Assembly: GCF_006345805.1 (NCBI RefSeq)
Contig: NC_043011.1
Coordinates: forward strand, 60,214,464-60,278,463
From: Octopus sinensis
Taxonomy: Eukaryota
DNA: 64,000 bases
Direction: 5' to 3'
A program made the position numbers and the translations under genes. A model generated the notes under the pieces. The model did not search any database, was not told where the DNA came from, and was given only the letters and a program-made list of their open reading frames with translations. This document shows, one piece after another, positions 39,672-52,918 of the stretch (position 1 is the stretch's first letter; every line of letters begins with the position of its first letter).

Positions 39672-40344
39672 TATGTATATGCACATATACACACATGATT
39701 GACCTCCACACAATCTCCATCTATCACATTGAAATAATACTAGTGTAGCTCACCAGAAATATGGGAATGAGAGGGTTAAGGAGAGAACAGGGGTATCTGC
39801 TTTCAATATTGAATAAGTTGTTACAGTATAGCTGTTATTTAGCATCAGGTCAACAGTGAATAAGCAGGCTTATGATTAAAAGCACTCCAACTGTGACCAT
39901 CCCATATTCTTTTGCTGGTGGTGGTGGTGGTGATGGGGCTATCTACCTTATCTAATGTCCTTCCATTTTATGAGGCTCCCTCAGCTCAAGCAAGAAATGT
40001 TAGAACAGATGTTGAAGATTGAGTAAAGAGAGTTTAAAGACAACATATTTGCATACCTTAAGAAGTTTTTAAAAATTTATTTTATTATTCAATTAAACTG
40101 ATAACAGGAAGGTGTGAGCAAGTTGATAAGATCTTTCTTGGCATCAGGAATAAATATTAAAATGAAGAGAACATTTAGTTTCTGATGATTCACTTCTGAA
40201 GATGAGTTTTAGGATTAAGAAATATTCATTTTGAGTACAACAAATGTGGTACAGTTAATATTATTATTTCTTCATAAATACATTTTATAATGAGTTCATT
40301 GTTCACAACCCTATCTCTAAATTCCACAAGGTTTAGTCCTTATA

Positions 40345-40732
40345 GCAGTGTTTTAGTTTGTATGCCTCAATGACCCTGAGAACTGTGCCAGTAGAGCAGA
40401 TGCTCCTGGTAAGAACTTCCAAGCTAGACCGGTCAAAAGTTAGAGGTCAAACTAATCTGGACCAACTCTCTCTCCTCTCAGGTAATAAAGGGTTCATGTA
40501 GGGCCAACATCCCTATCTTGAAAATAGGAAAGTTACCTCAATAATAATTTGAAACCAATAAGACCTGGGAGAGAAAGATCTATTGTGAGGGAGGCAGGAA
40601 ACTGAAGTAAAGCAGAAAAGAACAAGGATCCAACTGAAAAGATGCAGAAAAGACAACCTTGAGTTGTGAACAGTGGAGGAAAGTTGTTGATGGTCTGTGC
40701 TCCAAAGGCAGTGAAGGGCTTAAGTAAATCAA
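40345..40732 (+). mobile_element. Short RTE-derived element (5' UTR-like part joined to RTE 3' end)
   Basis: The 3' part encodes QWRKVVDGLCSKGSEGLK* followed by taagtaa, a typical RTE end. The 5' part (gcctcaatgaccctgag...gggccaacatccctatcttgaaaa) resembles recalled RTE 5' UTRs. Confidence 0.55.
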
Positions 40733-41299
40733 GCTCTGATTGGCTTTAGATTTATATCACGAAAATGATGGTATTACAGAAAGATAAGTTTTGTGGAGTT
40801 ATTAGTTATGAAAGGACTGTTTAAGATGTATTCCAACAACATGTATTACATTTTTATTCAGGTTGACTATGTCGGTAGCTGCCGGGGTATAGCAATATAA
40901 TTAATACTCAATTCCCATTTGTGCTTTTTTTCTGTTCTAAATCTACAGTCATTCTTTTATATCTCAGTATTTGGGCAGATGAAAAAGAAATGACTACCCA
41001 TATATGTTGATGGTGGGTTAAGAAAAGACAGAAAAAACAAATAATAATAAGGATTAAAAATAAAAACTGAATTAAAAGTGAAATTCTACCTTCCATTATG
41101 TAACTCCATGCTTCCTATATCAATTGAATTTATACTGAGGAAGTAAACATCTTCTCATGGAAATACAATTAGAAAATTGATGGATTATTAAAATGTTATT
41201 TCCATTTCCTAAGCTCTAAATGATAATTTAAGAAACAAAAAAAAAAGCTGCTTAAAAATATTATATTTCTCCGTTTGATTTTCACTATAAGGAAATTAC

Positions 41300-41351
41300 C
41301 AGCGAGCAGGTGTCTCCCAACGCCTCAAGTTGACCAAAGCCATTTCAGTTG
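41300..41351 (-). other. Candidate 52-nt exon on the DGK strand (function unclear)
   Basis: gttttcttttcag|CAACTG...CTCGCTG|gtaatt; GC- and CpG-richer than surroundings; only the frame TEMALVNLRRWETPAR is open. Confidence 0.45.
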
Positions 41352-43118
41352 CTGAAAAGAAAACTGTGTACATGATCTTCATAGGTGTGTGTGTGAATAT
41401 GTGTCTGCGTGTGAATGTATATATTAGCACGGATGAATAAAATCAATGAAGCCAACATAATACAAATGAGGTGCTGAGATCCAACTGAATCATATTCCTT
41501 TTAACTAAGGTCCACCTGCTTTTGACTCTTAAGAGATAGATAAAATAAGTACCAGGTAAAGTATCAAGATCAAGATAATTGACTTTAGTCCAACCAATGA
41601 AACCAGTATAGAAAAACAAAGTAATAATGATGTGTACAGCTCATAGAATGAATACACAAACATAGAATGGCATTAGCTGTTGTATGTTGTCTCAAAGAGA
41701 CTTGTGTGTTAAAATACAAATGGTTTGCTCAGAATGTAGTTGGCACATTGTTAGACTTAATGTTATTGGATCTAATTTACTCTCCTCAGTGACAAACACA
41801 ACCAGACATTCCGAATTAAGCTGCAAAATATTTGTTCCAATATCGATTTTTTTTCAATGAATTTCAAAACAAGTTCTAAACTTTTAAAAGTTGTTCTTTT
41901 AAAGGCTGCATAACTTTAATCATTAGCAGAATAATACACTTTGATACATGATGAGAAGGAAAAAGTGGTGACAGCAAAATGAATAAAAGATGAATCATTA
42001 TATTTTTGCTATACTATTGTGATTTAGAGAGAAGACATTCAATACTTGTGAGGCATTACAAGAAAAGTGATAGATGTATTACATAGTTTAATAAAGCATT
42101 GTTCACTCTGAGTCAGTGAAGGAACCTTTACATAGTTACTGAAAATGCTAGAAATAATGACAAAATTTCTCTCAAATCACAAGCTGCTGTCTTACAATGA
42201 CAGATGAGATAAAGTAGTCTAAAAAATATATACTTTTTAAAAAAATTGAAATGGCCATGTTTGGAATGCTTTTGTATATACAGATTTAAACGCCATTATA
42301 CAGTTATCTTTTAGCATTTACTTCATATAGTCATTGGACTGCAACCATCCTGAGGCACTGCCTTGAAGGGTTTACTCAAACAAGTAAGCCTCAGCATTAA
42401 TATTTATGTTTGCTGAACTGTTAAGTTATATGGACATAAACAAACTAACACTGATTGTCGAGAAATGGTAGGTAGATACACACAAAGGTGAATGCACATG
42501 GGTACACACACACAATGGGCTTATTAATTTGAATAACAATTATTATTCTATATATTTTTGTCTCACCCCAAAATATTAACATTTAAGGAAGCTTGCTTGA
42601 TGATAATAAATACAATTTTTGGCTGACTTTAATTATTTTCCCAGTTTACTTGCTTTAATCGATACAACCATCAAAAGCCTCATCCCTATAATCAGTTTGA
42701 TGGTATTGTCTTAATCTCTGAAACTTCTGGACAGTTAATAATATTCTATTAGAATATTGGCATTTATGTCTTGTTAATTTCTACTTCAAGTCATATATGT
42801 CATCACCCTGTCAGTATATTTGAGATTAGATTTGAAGAAGAAATATGTCAATTATGGGTACTGAAAGGATTATATTTAGACCATTGTTATTATTCCTACA
42901 ACATATTAATCAACTCTTGTATACTCGTTAGATACTTAGATTGACAAATTCTTGAAAAATGATTGAAAAAGAGAAAGAAAAAAACCAATATTGGTTTCAA
43001 ATTCATGATTAACTTCATTAATGAATACTGTAAATGTATATCAAATAAATGTTAATTAAAAATTACAAATTTTTCAGAATAAAAAATCTTAAGGTTTAAA
43101 AATATCATGACGAAAAAT

Positions 43119-43270
43119 TACTGTATTTACTTATGTATAAGTTGCCCTGTTTTATACTTGCTTTTAAATGAGAAAACAGAGTTGTGACTTGTACACAGGG
43201 AAAGTTTGAAGAGAAAAATATTTTGTACCAACATTAAATTAGGGATGTGACTTGTACACAACAAAGAGAA
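43119..43270. mobile_element. Decayed pogo/Tigger-like MITE
   Basis: Left end tactgtatttacttatgtataagttgc is inversely related to tgtgacttgtacaca, present twice (43183-43197, 43246-43260), the TIR/subterminal repeat layout of pogo-type MITEs. Confidence 0.45.
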
Positions 43271-45728
43271 AATATTATCTATGAGTGATTTACATGTTAA
43301 TCAAATGTCATTGTTACCTTACCACTTGGAAGAAAACATGGTATCCATTCAGATGTGAAAGATGTATCTTAGAATACACTATTTTATTGTGTATGAAGAG
43401 TATTTTAACTCCCAGATAATTATTTATGTGATTCAGTCATGAAAGCTCCTTGCAAATAAATAAATGCATAAAATAATTAAAAGGAAATTTTTACTCTCTA
43501 CAGAATTGCTTTCTTGAAAATGCAACTTTAACTCAGAAATATGCACCTTGCTTATTCTTTATTAATGTAATACATGAAACAGTGAAGGTCCCTCTACATA
43601 GTTAGCTGACCTGCTAAAATTAGCAGTAAGATTTCCCTCAAATCTTATCCCACTCTTGACTGAAGGATCAAAGAATTCCACAGTTCTTTCACTCCACAAA
43701 TAATTTTCAAGTCATAGCACAAAAGTAATTTTTGATGATGTGACAAAGTTCTTCGCTAAGAATAACTTCTGTTTCGTATCTGTTACATAGAGCTGAGATT
43801 TCAGTGAAGAATTTAGCATGTGAAGTGTTATTGAGGCAATTTTTCAGAATTTCAAGACTGGGTGACCTTTGTAACTTGTATCTATTGAAGGCTTGAATTT
43901 GTTTACAAGATTAGGCAATAAAAAAAAAACAAAAAAAAATGTAGGATTCTAAAGTAAGAAGAATGGTCTGGAATCCAAAGGACAACATGGCAGGGACTAA
44001 AGTGTTATTTAGTAAATAAGATCAGAAAATTTCTTTGATATCTTAGAAGTGTGCTTTCCCATGACTTGCAGAATCAAAGTAGATAAGCATGCGATACTCT
44101 GTACTTGATAGACCGATTATAAGATCATAGAATATGTCATGTTTCTAGCAGATTGTCAGTGAACCAGAACTGTGACTGCAAAACATGCACAGAATAATTA
44201 GCAATAGGAACACCCTAATTTTCAAATGAAACTTGAGGACTATCAAGATAGATCATGACATGTAGTCACTTCACTGTGTTAACTACATAACCTAATTGAT
44301 ACTGAGATTGATTATAAAAAATATAATGGCTAAAGTAAGATGAGAGTGGAGAAAGTCCTGGGAGCTTTCACAACATAGATTTTTGCTTTCTTCATAGAAA
44401 AAGCATTGCATGAATATTGTTTTGAAACCCCTTCACTCCTAAAGTCAACTTCAATTAAGCAGACCTAATCAAAATTATTACAGTCATGAGTATTTCACAT
44501 TTTGTTTCAGGCATAGTGAGATTTTAAGTGGAATTTGAGAAAAATTTGGGTACTATTTCTAGCAGAGTGACTCACCACATACAGGTTCTCTCAATGGCTC
44601 ATGTAAGGAATGTAATGATTGGTTGATTGCAAAACATGAATACTGAATGTGGAAAATATGAAAATGCCAGAGAAAAATACACAGGGTATAAGTTGCTAGA
44701 TGTGTCCTGGAATAACAACTATCTAAAATTTTCTCTCTGTCAATACATTTTTTTGAGGCATTTACTTCTATATAAAATGCTAAAACTAGACATCAGCCAT
44801 ACCAATCTCCCCAGTCATTGAAAAGTTATGAAGACCATGATCATGGACCCATCTCGTTTCTCCTCACAAAACCATAATCTCCACTCTATTTTACTGGGGA
44901 AAAGGCAACACATAAGCATGTAAGCATACAAGAGGGTCTGCACTGCTATGGACTTGTGGTGTAATATATGTGTTCTTGGTGGGAAAAAGTCTCATTTATT
45001 GATACTAGAAGACAGAAGGTTAAGATTTGAACAACACAGAATATAGAACTTCATAGGTGAGATGATGCTGAATCACAACACATTGTAATTTGCTATATTG
45101 CAAACTTATCAAACCTATGGGAAATTAGAAACTAAAAAGGTGGTAGATGATTATAATTACAATAATATTGTTAATGATAAAGAAAATAAATGTCTTAAAA
45201 AATTCTTCTGATGTTCTTATATAGCATGGAGACAGTATGTAAAAACAATGTAATTAAGATTAAATTTTAACGGCAAACATCTGTGCTTCAATAAACCTAA
45301 TACAAAGTACAAAATATGCTGAAACTTTTAATTAATTTTACATGCTTTTCTTTGTTTCATTTTATATAGACATATATCTTTTCACAGTGAAAACTCAGCA
45401 CTGTTATTCACTGCTTTAGATCATTACTAATTATATGTATGATGAAGAGAAGAAAGCTAAATCAGATATTTAATGTAAGAAAAATGTTATTCAACAGAAA
45501 TCCCTTCAATAAGAATATGAATTTATATAACAATTGTTTAGACATTACTAACAAACTAACCTTTGAAAATGAAAAGCATCTTTTAATAACATATTTTGGA
45601 ACAACTATTTTATATTTTAGAATATAATATTAATTTTCTTAAAGTTTATATTTTGGTCAATAAACATTTCAACTCTTAATTATATATATTTGAATTTTCT
45701 GAAGCAGTTTAAAAGAATATCATACACC

Positions 45729-45759
<31 letters not shown>

Positions 45760-46554
45760 GTATACGTACATAGATATATACATATACACTAGGTGATATT
45801 ATATTGCAAATATTTGGCATAATAGTTTTAGCTTGAATTTCAATATATAGATATGTATAAATTGCAGTATCATTGAATTTGGACAAATAGGAAGTTTAAG
45901 CTAAGCATCCAGTTACTCCATATTATTCTGTCTGAATATGATTGTGTTGTATGATTATAGTTTATCACCAAGTTCACCAAGTAAATGATTGTAATGCATT
46001 ATCTCTATAACCAATATCACATTTACTTGGCTTTGTGCATCAACAGAAGAGGATCTCAGCAGAATAGCATTCACTATAATGTAGACCAGACAAAAAAGTA
46101 TTGACTATCACAAAAATTGTGTTCAAAGCAGTGGTGGCTCGTAGATAAAATTGGTAGGGATGCTGCTTCAGAAAATTTTTAGCCATTGTTTTTATATTGT
46201 GTAAAAGGAAACAAATATATAAAAAGAAAATTTATTCATAAATCTGATCGGTTTGCGTTTTAGCCACTGCTTGACAATCGGTGTTTGCTTCCCCGTAGCT
46301 TAGCAGTTTGGCAAAAAGAAACTGATAGGTTTGGCTGCAATCAAATGACCGAAACAAGTAAAAGAATGAAAAAATAAGTTAGATTGGTATACAAAACTGC
46401 TTTCTACAGTTAAGGGTAATGAAATGTTGAGTAGATGTAACTGATTTCTGCAGTAAGAGTGTTTATAATGTCAAAGATTCCAAAATATAACATGAAATTG
46501 GTGAGCACAAGTGACAATAGAGTTTGTACTTATCAACTTCAATATTAGGTATTA

Positions 46555-46785
46555 GGAAGATGGTGAATTGGCGGAATCATTAGCATGCTGGGCGAAATGC
46601 AGAATGGCATTTCATCCATCTTTATGCTCTGAGTTCAAGTTCAGCCATGATTGCCTTTGTCTTTCATTGTTTCAGGGCCAATGAAATAAGTACCAGTTGA
46701 ATTCTAGGGTTGATGTAATTGACTTACACTTTTCTGGAAATTGCTGACCTTGTGCCAAAATTTAAAACCAGTATTAGGTCTCAAA
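46555..46785 (+). mobile_element. Family B SINE copy
   Basis: ggtgaattggcggaatcattagcatgctgggcgaaatgc...aataagtaccagttga. Confidence 0.75.
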
Positions 46786-46999
46786 ACTAAAAACTGTGTT
46801 AAGAAGAAATATCAATATGTGAGGTGACAAGCTACAAAGCTGGTCTATAAAAAAGACTTACAATTAAAATGATCCCAATAAAACTGGTGGCACACTGCCT
46901 GATGAATAAAGGTAATTTGGGAACCAAATAGCTTTCTGTAACAGACTGCCTTAATAGTCTATACAAAAGTGAAAGAATTAGTCTAGCATTTCTCAAAGG

Positions 47000-47209
47000 T
47001 TCACTTTTCTATGCTTGAATGGAGTGGCCCAAAATTGTAAGGGAAATTTTCTACAGCTGGATGTCTCTCTAGACCCTTCCCTGTTTTCAGGTAAGATGTT
47101 TTTCTGCTTTTCTGCTTGGCTGGACGTGTTTCCAAACAGGACTGGCAACTGGCAACTTGCGTACAACTATCACATGATGTGAAAACAAGAAGACGCAAAC
47201 ACACATACA

Positions 47210-47257
<48 letters not shown>

Positions 47258-47422
47258 TGACAAGCTTCTCTCAGTTTCCATTCACCAAATCCACTCAGAA
47301 GATTTTTGTTGGTCTGAGGCTATAGTAAAAGACACTTGCCAAGGTGCCATACAGTAGGACTGAATCCAGAACCATGGGATTTGGAAGTGAAGCTCTAAAC
47401 CAGAAAATCCATGACCGCACCT
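47000..47422 (-). mobile_element. Composite SINE (A head, C2 tail)
   Basis: gcttctctcagtttccattcaccaaatccactca...gctatagtaaaagacacttgccaagg core; tail at 47000-47130. Confidence 0.7.
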
Positions 47423-48840
47423 TCAATAACAGAATTAGTTTATGTTTGGAAAGTTCAAGAAATAGTCCATTGTTAAGTCAGTTCATTTCTGGTAAATAGT
47501 CACGAGTGCCATCACAGAAGAAACCAGGAATTTTCTGGATCTATCCAAAACATGGCACCAGCGGCAAATAATTTCAAAGGAATGCACAGTAGGAAGTTTG
47601 TTGTTGCTACAGTTCTGATGTAATTCTATTTATATAAGATACATGTGTATGAATCTTTCTTCGTTTAGCATCACTAACATTGTGAATAGCATTAATTTGT
47701 GACAGTGGTGTTATGTAAGAGAACAATCCACCCTCCCTCAGATAGGATTATCTGTTAAGATGGTGACAATGGTTTGAGTTGGTAGATATATTAGTTTGGA
47801 ACAAAATAAATAAGAACTAAATCATAGCAGAAGTTTTTTGGGGTCAGAAAAGTAGTAAATTGAGAGACACATTTTATCTTTGAAGTCAGTTATGAAGTAA
47901 GCAGAAGGGAACAACTTCAAGCAAGAGTTGAAACTAAATCACACGCTTACTATAAAAGAAAATCTAAAATAACAATTGTAAACAACTAATGAAGGATTAA
48001 TATATTTGGTAGATTAGAAACAGTAGTAGTAGTAGTAGTAGTAGTAGTAGCAGTAGTAGTAGCAGCAGCAGCAAAACCAATGGCAAAGCTATTGTATCAT
48101 TGCCCATCATAGCATATTTGATACACAGACAATAGTAGTAGCAGTAGGTATATCAGTTTCCTGGATGTATGTGAGTCACATTTTATAGTGAGGTATCAAT
48201 ACAATTTAGTAATATGTTAGAAAACTGAATAGAAACTATTGTTCATGTGAAATATATATAAAGCAAAATGAAAAACAACAAACTGCAACAGATCCCATCC
48301 CCCAAACCCCATCCACCTAACATATATAACAATGATCTCTTCCCAACCACAGGCAGTCCACATACAACTATGTCACACTAATGTTAGCCAATCAAAATGG
48401 AATGCTTGTCAGAGCATCAACCTTTAGTACAAGTATAGGAAATGAAAGCTAATCATAAGATGGACAGACTTTACAATAGATAATATCACCTGACTCAGGT
48501 AAGCTTACAACTATTGTCATCACTGAAATTGTCAATATGGTTTGAATTACATTTACAGGCATGCAATATAGACTGCTCCCATCAATGTCAGTGAGAATCT
48601 CAATATTCTCGGAGCAGAAGCAGACTGGGAAAGATAGAAATCTTCATGCTGTATGAATCAACCTATATCCAGTGTCCCAAAGAGAGCTAGTCAAGTGAAT
48701 CGATGGCTACTTACCATTTTATCAAATGTACTCGATAATAATGATATGAATTGGTGAAAATTTGCCTACTTCACACTAGTGGCACTTAAACAACACAATG
48801 AAGACAAGGGAAATGACAACCTAACCACAAACATCAAGTA

Positions 48841-50310
48841 AAAAAATCAATAACTATGTCACAACTGGTGTGTTTATCACCAGTCTCTGCTAAGTGGATG
48901 CTCACAGAAAGCAATCCAATCACTGTGTTTGATAAAAGAAAACAACTACATCTCCAAGTAGACAGTGAGTTTGTTGATTTTATCATAAAAGAAGCTATGA
49001 CAAGAATCTCATCAAGTAACATGCTTGCTGATCTTGCAAATGAAACATACAGATGGGATGTCATGTGGAACAGGTTTATACTGCACAAACCACTCATTTA
49101 AGTCAGATCAGATATTCAAATGCATGACTGAATCTGATATCCTCAAAGTGATGAAGTCAACAAACTAACTCTTGATCGGCTGCTGTCCCTGACAACTTTA
49201 AGTCTTGCTCTCTGAAAAACTTGAGCCCATAATCAATAAAATGAGTCAGGTACAAAACTACTGGAGGCTACAACACCAATTCGCAAAGCCAGTACTTGTT
49301 GGCAAGATCCACGCATATGGTTGGGAAACATTCTATTCAACAACACAAACTGTACTACATTATAAAGATGGTGGATGAAGATTCGCCTCTGTAGGCAACA
49401 CTTTCAAGCATGCAGCATTTTGCATTGCACTCCAAAATGTCAAATTTAAACTTCAGTCTGAAATACAACTAAATCAGCTGGGCTTTGCGATTGAAAGTTT
49501 GTGTGCAGTTACCAGATAAGTTGTTATACAGTATGCGAAGGAGGCCTGAGAATGAGACATTTCCTCATCCATATAGCATATACTGCTTGTTTTAGAGGAG
49601 ATAATTTATTTTGGTGATAAGACTGGGGTGAGGCAACAATTGAGAAACATATGTATTATGTGTTTGTGGACAGGAAGACAAAACAATCCCTATCTTTCAT
49701 AATTGTGACAGACGGACAAGTTCCATGTAGCAATGCCTTACTCAGTTCTTTCTGGTGCCCAGGATTGGTGCCAGGCTTAGATAGTGGTGTCTTCCAAGTT
49801 AGTACGGCTCTTTACATGGACCCAGACAAGTGATAAATGTTAAAGTCAAGATGTGGTAGAATTGATGCCGCTTCAGTGTTAGGAGATGCTCTCCGGATAC
49901 TGAAACAGTTTCTGAAGGAATATTGGTGATCTTAGAGCTCATTGGACTGGACCACAGCAATGGCAAATGCCTGTTTTCTATTTGCTTTGTTTCACTTGTT
50001 GGTCAGGGATGCCAAGATCTCTAAAACTAAGGCTGGCAAGAGCATCTCCGAGGCTATGATCACTGAAGGCTGTGATAAACGATTAAAACATATAAGATAT
50101 AATGGACCATTGCTAGATACATATCTCTCTGAATTGGTGGCAATAAAAACCACTGGTACCATTAGTAAATTCATCATGATTGTCATTAACTCCCTCAAAA
50201 TAAAGATGGAAGAAGCAACAGATGAAGTGCCTCTATATTATGGCAGTGGTTGATTTGGCAAATGTTCATAACAATGCTTTGTGTGGTATTGTATGACTGA
50301 AACACTGATG
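48841..50310 (+). pseudogene. Decayed long ORF, candidate Fanzor1/TnpB-like nuclease remnant (multiple stops and frameshifts, C-terminus truncated)
   Basis: Three track ORFs share frame +1 (48856, 49651, 49942) with bridging open stretches in other frames. The segment has no microsatellites and is visibly GC-richer than its flanks. Motifs in order: FIIVTDG 49696-49716, GLDSGVFQVSTA 49774-49809, LDTY 50113-50124, LYYGSG*FG 50233-50259. That it is a coding remnant is well supported; the Fanzor identity is inference from recalled motifs. Confidence 0.55.
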
Positions 50311-50701
50311 TCTTCTACTTTTATATACATCTCTCTCTCTCTCCTTCATACACACACACACACACACACACACATACACACGCACACACTATATTTATTT
50401 AATCTTAGTTTCCATTTCTAACTGACATTTTTATATCCACACCATTTATTGAAGGTGTGAGTGTTAACAAAGGTCAGATCTACAGATGTGAAACTCTTAA
50501 ACAAATGTGAACAAAAATTTAGTATCAGCTTATTAGATAAGTGTGGTGAGGGTCATTTGAGGTTTTCAACTCATTATTCTTTTATGATTTCTAATTTAAG
50601 ACGAAATACAATATACAATTATTATCTGATAACAAATAAGCCATTAGCCTATAATTATATTACTTATTTTATTTTATTTTTTTTTTGTAGCAAAACATTA
50701 A

Positions 50702-50920
50702 CCCTTTAGCACTTAATTCAGCCATATCTGGCCTGAATATCCTACCTTTTTATGTTCAAACTAGCCAAATCTGCCCTAGCAGACCTACCATACAATATCA
50801 TTTCAAATATAGACACTCATATTGTTGAAATCTCAAAGCTCTAAGTTAATGTATAATTAATTCAAAATTATGTCAATAAATAAACATTACATTTGATAGA
50901 GTAATCTGAACACTAAAGGT
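50702..50920. mobile_element. piggyBac-like TTAA MITE
   Basis: ttaa|ccctttagcac ... gaacactaaaggt|ttaa: imperfect inverted ends bounded by TTAA at 50698-50701 and 50921-50924. Confidence 0.7.
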
Positions 50921-52235
50921 TTAAATTTTGGATTTATGAAGGAGAAAAAATATTTGGGGTCAAAATTAAATCATCTGGTGATAAAAACAAAAAATAATGT
51001 GTCTGTGAATCTATCTTTTGTTTGCAAATAGAGTATCATCCCCAAAGATAGAAAAATCCTATGTTAACAACAGAACTAATTCACTCAATTTTTGCTTTCA
51101 TTCTACAGGCCACAGTTAGATATTTTCCTCCAGTATTGCTAACATACGTCATAATCAATTCATAAATTCTGTACAATCAACTGCAACTACAAAAATTTCC
51201 ACTAAAAGATTGTTTGTAAATGTAACATATGTAACTTCAACAAATCTGAAATATTTCAAAGACTATAATCCTCATAAATTGATAATTTCTATCAAGGATA
51301 TTTGCATGTAAATGATCTCCCCCAATGCTACTTCATATAGAATATATTCCTCAATAAAAGTATATTGGATGGTAATGTAGTGCTACCGGAAGCTTTTGGG
51401 ACTCATTGTTTATTCCTCTAAAGTAAAACCTGCCGGTATTTGAAAGCAATTGTTAGAGTGTGAATTCATGCATATGTGTATCGCCAAAGCATATGTTATC
51501 TAAAACGTAACATGTATGGTAAAGCATGTCAACGGTTAATATACATTTGCATGTATACCTATAATATAGGTACTTAATAGAGATATGTTCAAATTAAATA
51601 TACTGAGTGTAATAAAGAAATGTATACCTACAATTTAGAATGAAATAGAGAATCTATCTTCATTTAATATAGCAAGTGTATATAAATGTATATATGTGTG
51701 TGTGTGTATGTATATATAAATCTATATACACACACACACATCTATAACATGTAATGACAGAATGTCTGCCTTTAATATGCTGTATATAGGGTGTGTGTGT
51801 GTGTTTGCATGTTTACCTGGCACTATTAATGTATGTATTCAGAATTTTAAAAAGAAAGAGGTGGTGGCCTGATCATTAATTTAAACATAATTGTGATAGG
51901 TTTCATATTCGTAATTATAATTAAGAAAATGTAATTTAAAAATGGCATCAGTTCCAGAAAAATCCAGGTTTAATTTTTTTACTTTTATATTCAGAACTAA
52001 AAAGCAATTTCTAACCTGATAATATAAACATTCAATAAGAATGGATGGATGTATGATCTTAGTGTTTATTGCAGCTGTATTTGCCCTCCCAGCATTAATC
52101 ATGCCAGTAAATTATGAAACATTTTAAAGCAATATAATAATAATTGTGAATGACACAAATGGAAACTGAATTAGTATAACACATTTTTTCTTTAGTTATA
52201 TTAGCAATAAATAGGTAAAAAAAAATCTATTTGGC

Positions 52236-52271
<36 letters not shown>

Positions 52272-52377
52272 GTTTAATTGCTCAAAATACAAAATAAATA
52301 TTACTGAATATCTTTTTATGCCTGAAAAAAAGATGATGAAATAGCTTTCATCGAATAGTTTATGATAATAATAATCT

Positions 52378-52591
52378 TTTCAACTAAGGGCACAAGGCCT
52401 GAAATTTTGTGAGGAGTGCGGTAGTTGATTACATCAACCCCCAACACTCAAATGGTACTTATTTTATCGACCCTGAAAAGATGAAAGGCAAAGTCAACCT
52501 TGGCAGAATTAGAACTCAGAATGTAACGATGAGTGAAATACTGCTAAGCATTTCATTCAGCATGCTAATGATTCTGTCAGCTCACCACTTA

Positions 52592-52679
<88 letters not shown>

Positions 52680-52918
52680 TTAATAATGATAATAATAATA
52701 ATAATAATAATTGTTTCAGATTTTGGCACAAGGTCAAAAATTTTAGTGGTAGGGGTATAGCTGATTACATCAGCTCTAGTAATTGGCTGGCACTTTATTC
52801 TATCAACCTTAGAAGAATGGAAGGCAAAGTTGACCTCAGCGCAATTTGAACTCACAAAGCCAAGAATTGGAACAAATGCTAAAAGGCATCTTTTTCCAAT
52901 GCTTTAATTCTGCCAGCA
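52378..52918 (-). mobile_element. Two tandem reverse copies of SINE family B separated by (AAT)n
   Basis: ggtacttattttatcgaccctgaaaagatgaaaggcaaagtcaacc and gaatggaaggcaaagttgacctcagcgcaatttgaactc. Confidence 0.8.
52592..52710. repeat. (AAT)n microsatellite
   Basis: Directly visible. Confidence 0.95.

Noticed and set aside
43700-43900. ~60-codon open frame on the minus strand
   Set aside because: This length is expected by chance many times in 64 kb over six frames; no motif or donor.
49696-49716. IIVTDG read as a vWA-domain motif, and scattered resemblances of the 49-50 kb ORF to RNA-virus proteins
   Set aside because: No in-frame DxSxS motif, and the viral resemblances were not colinear. 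The Fanzor reading explains more motifs in order, but these alternatives are not formally excluded.
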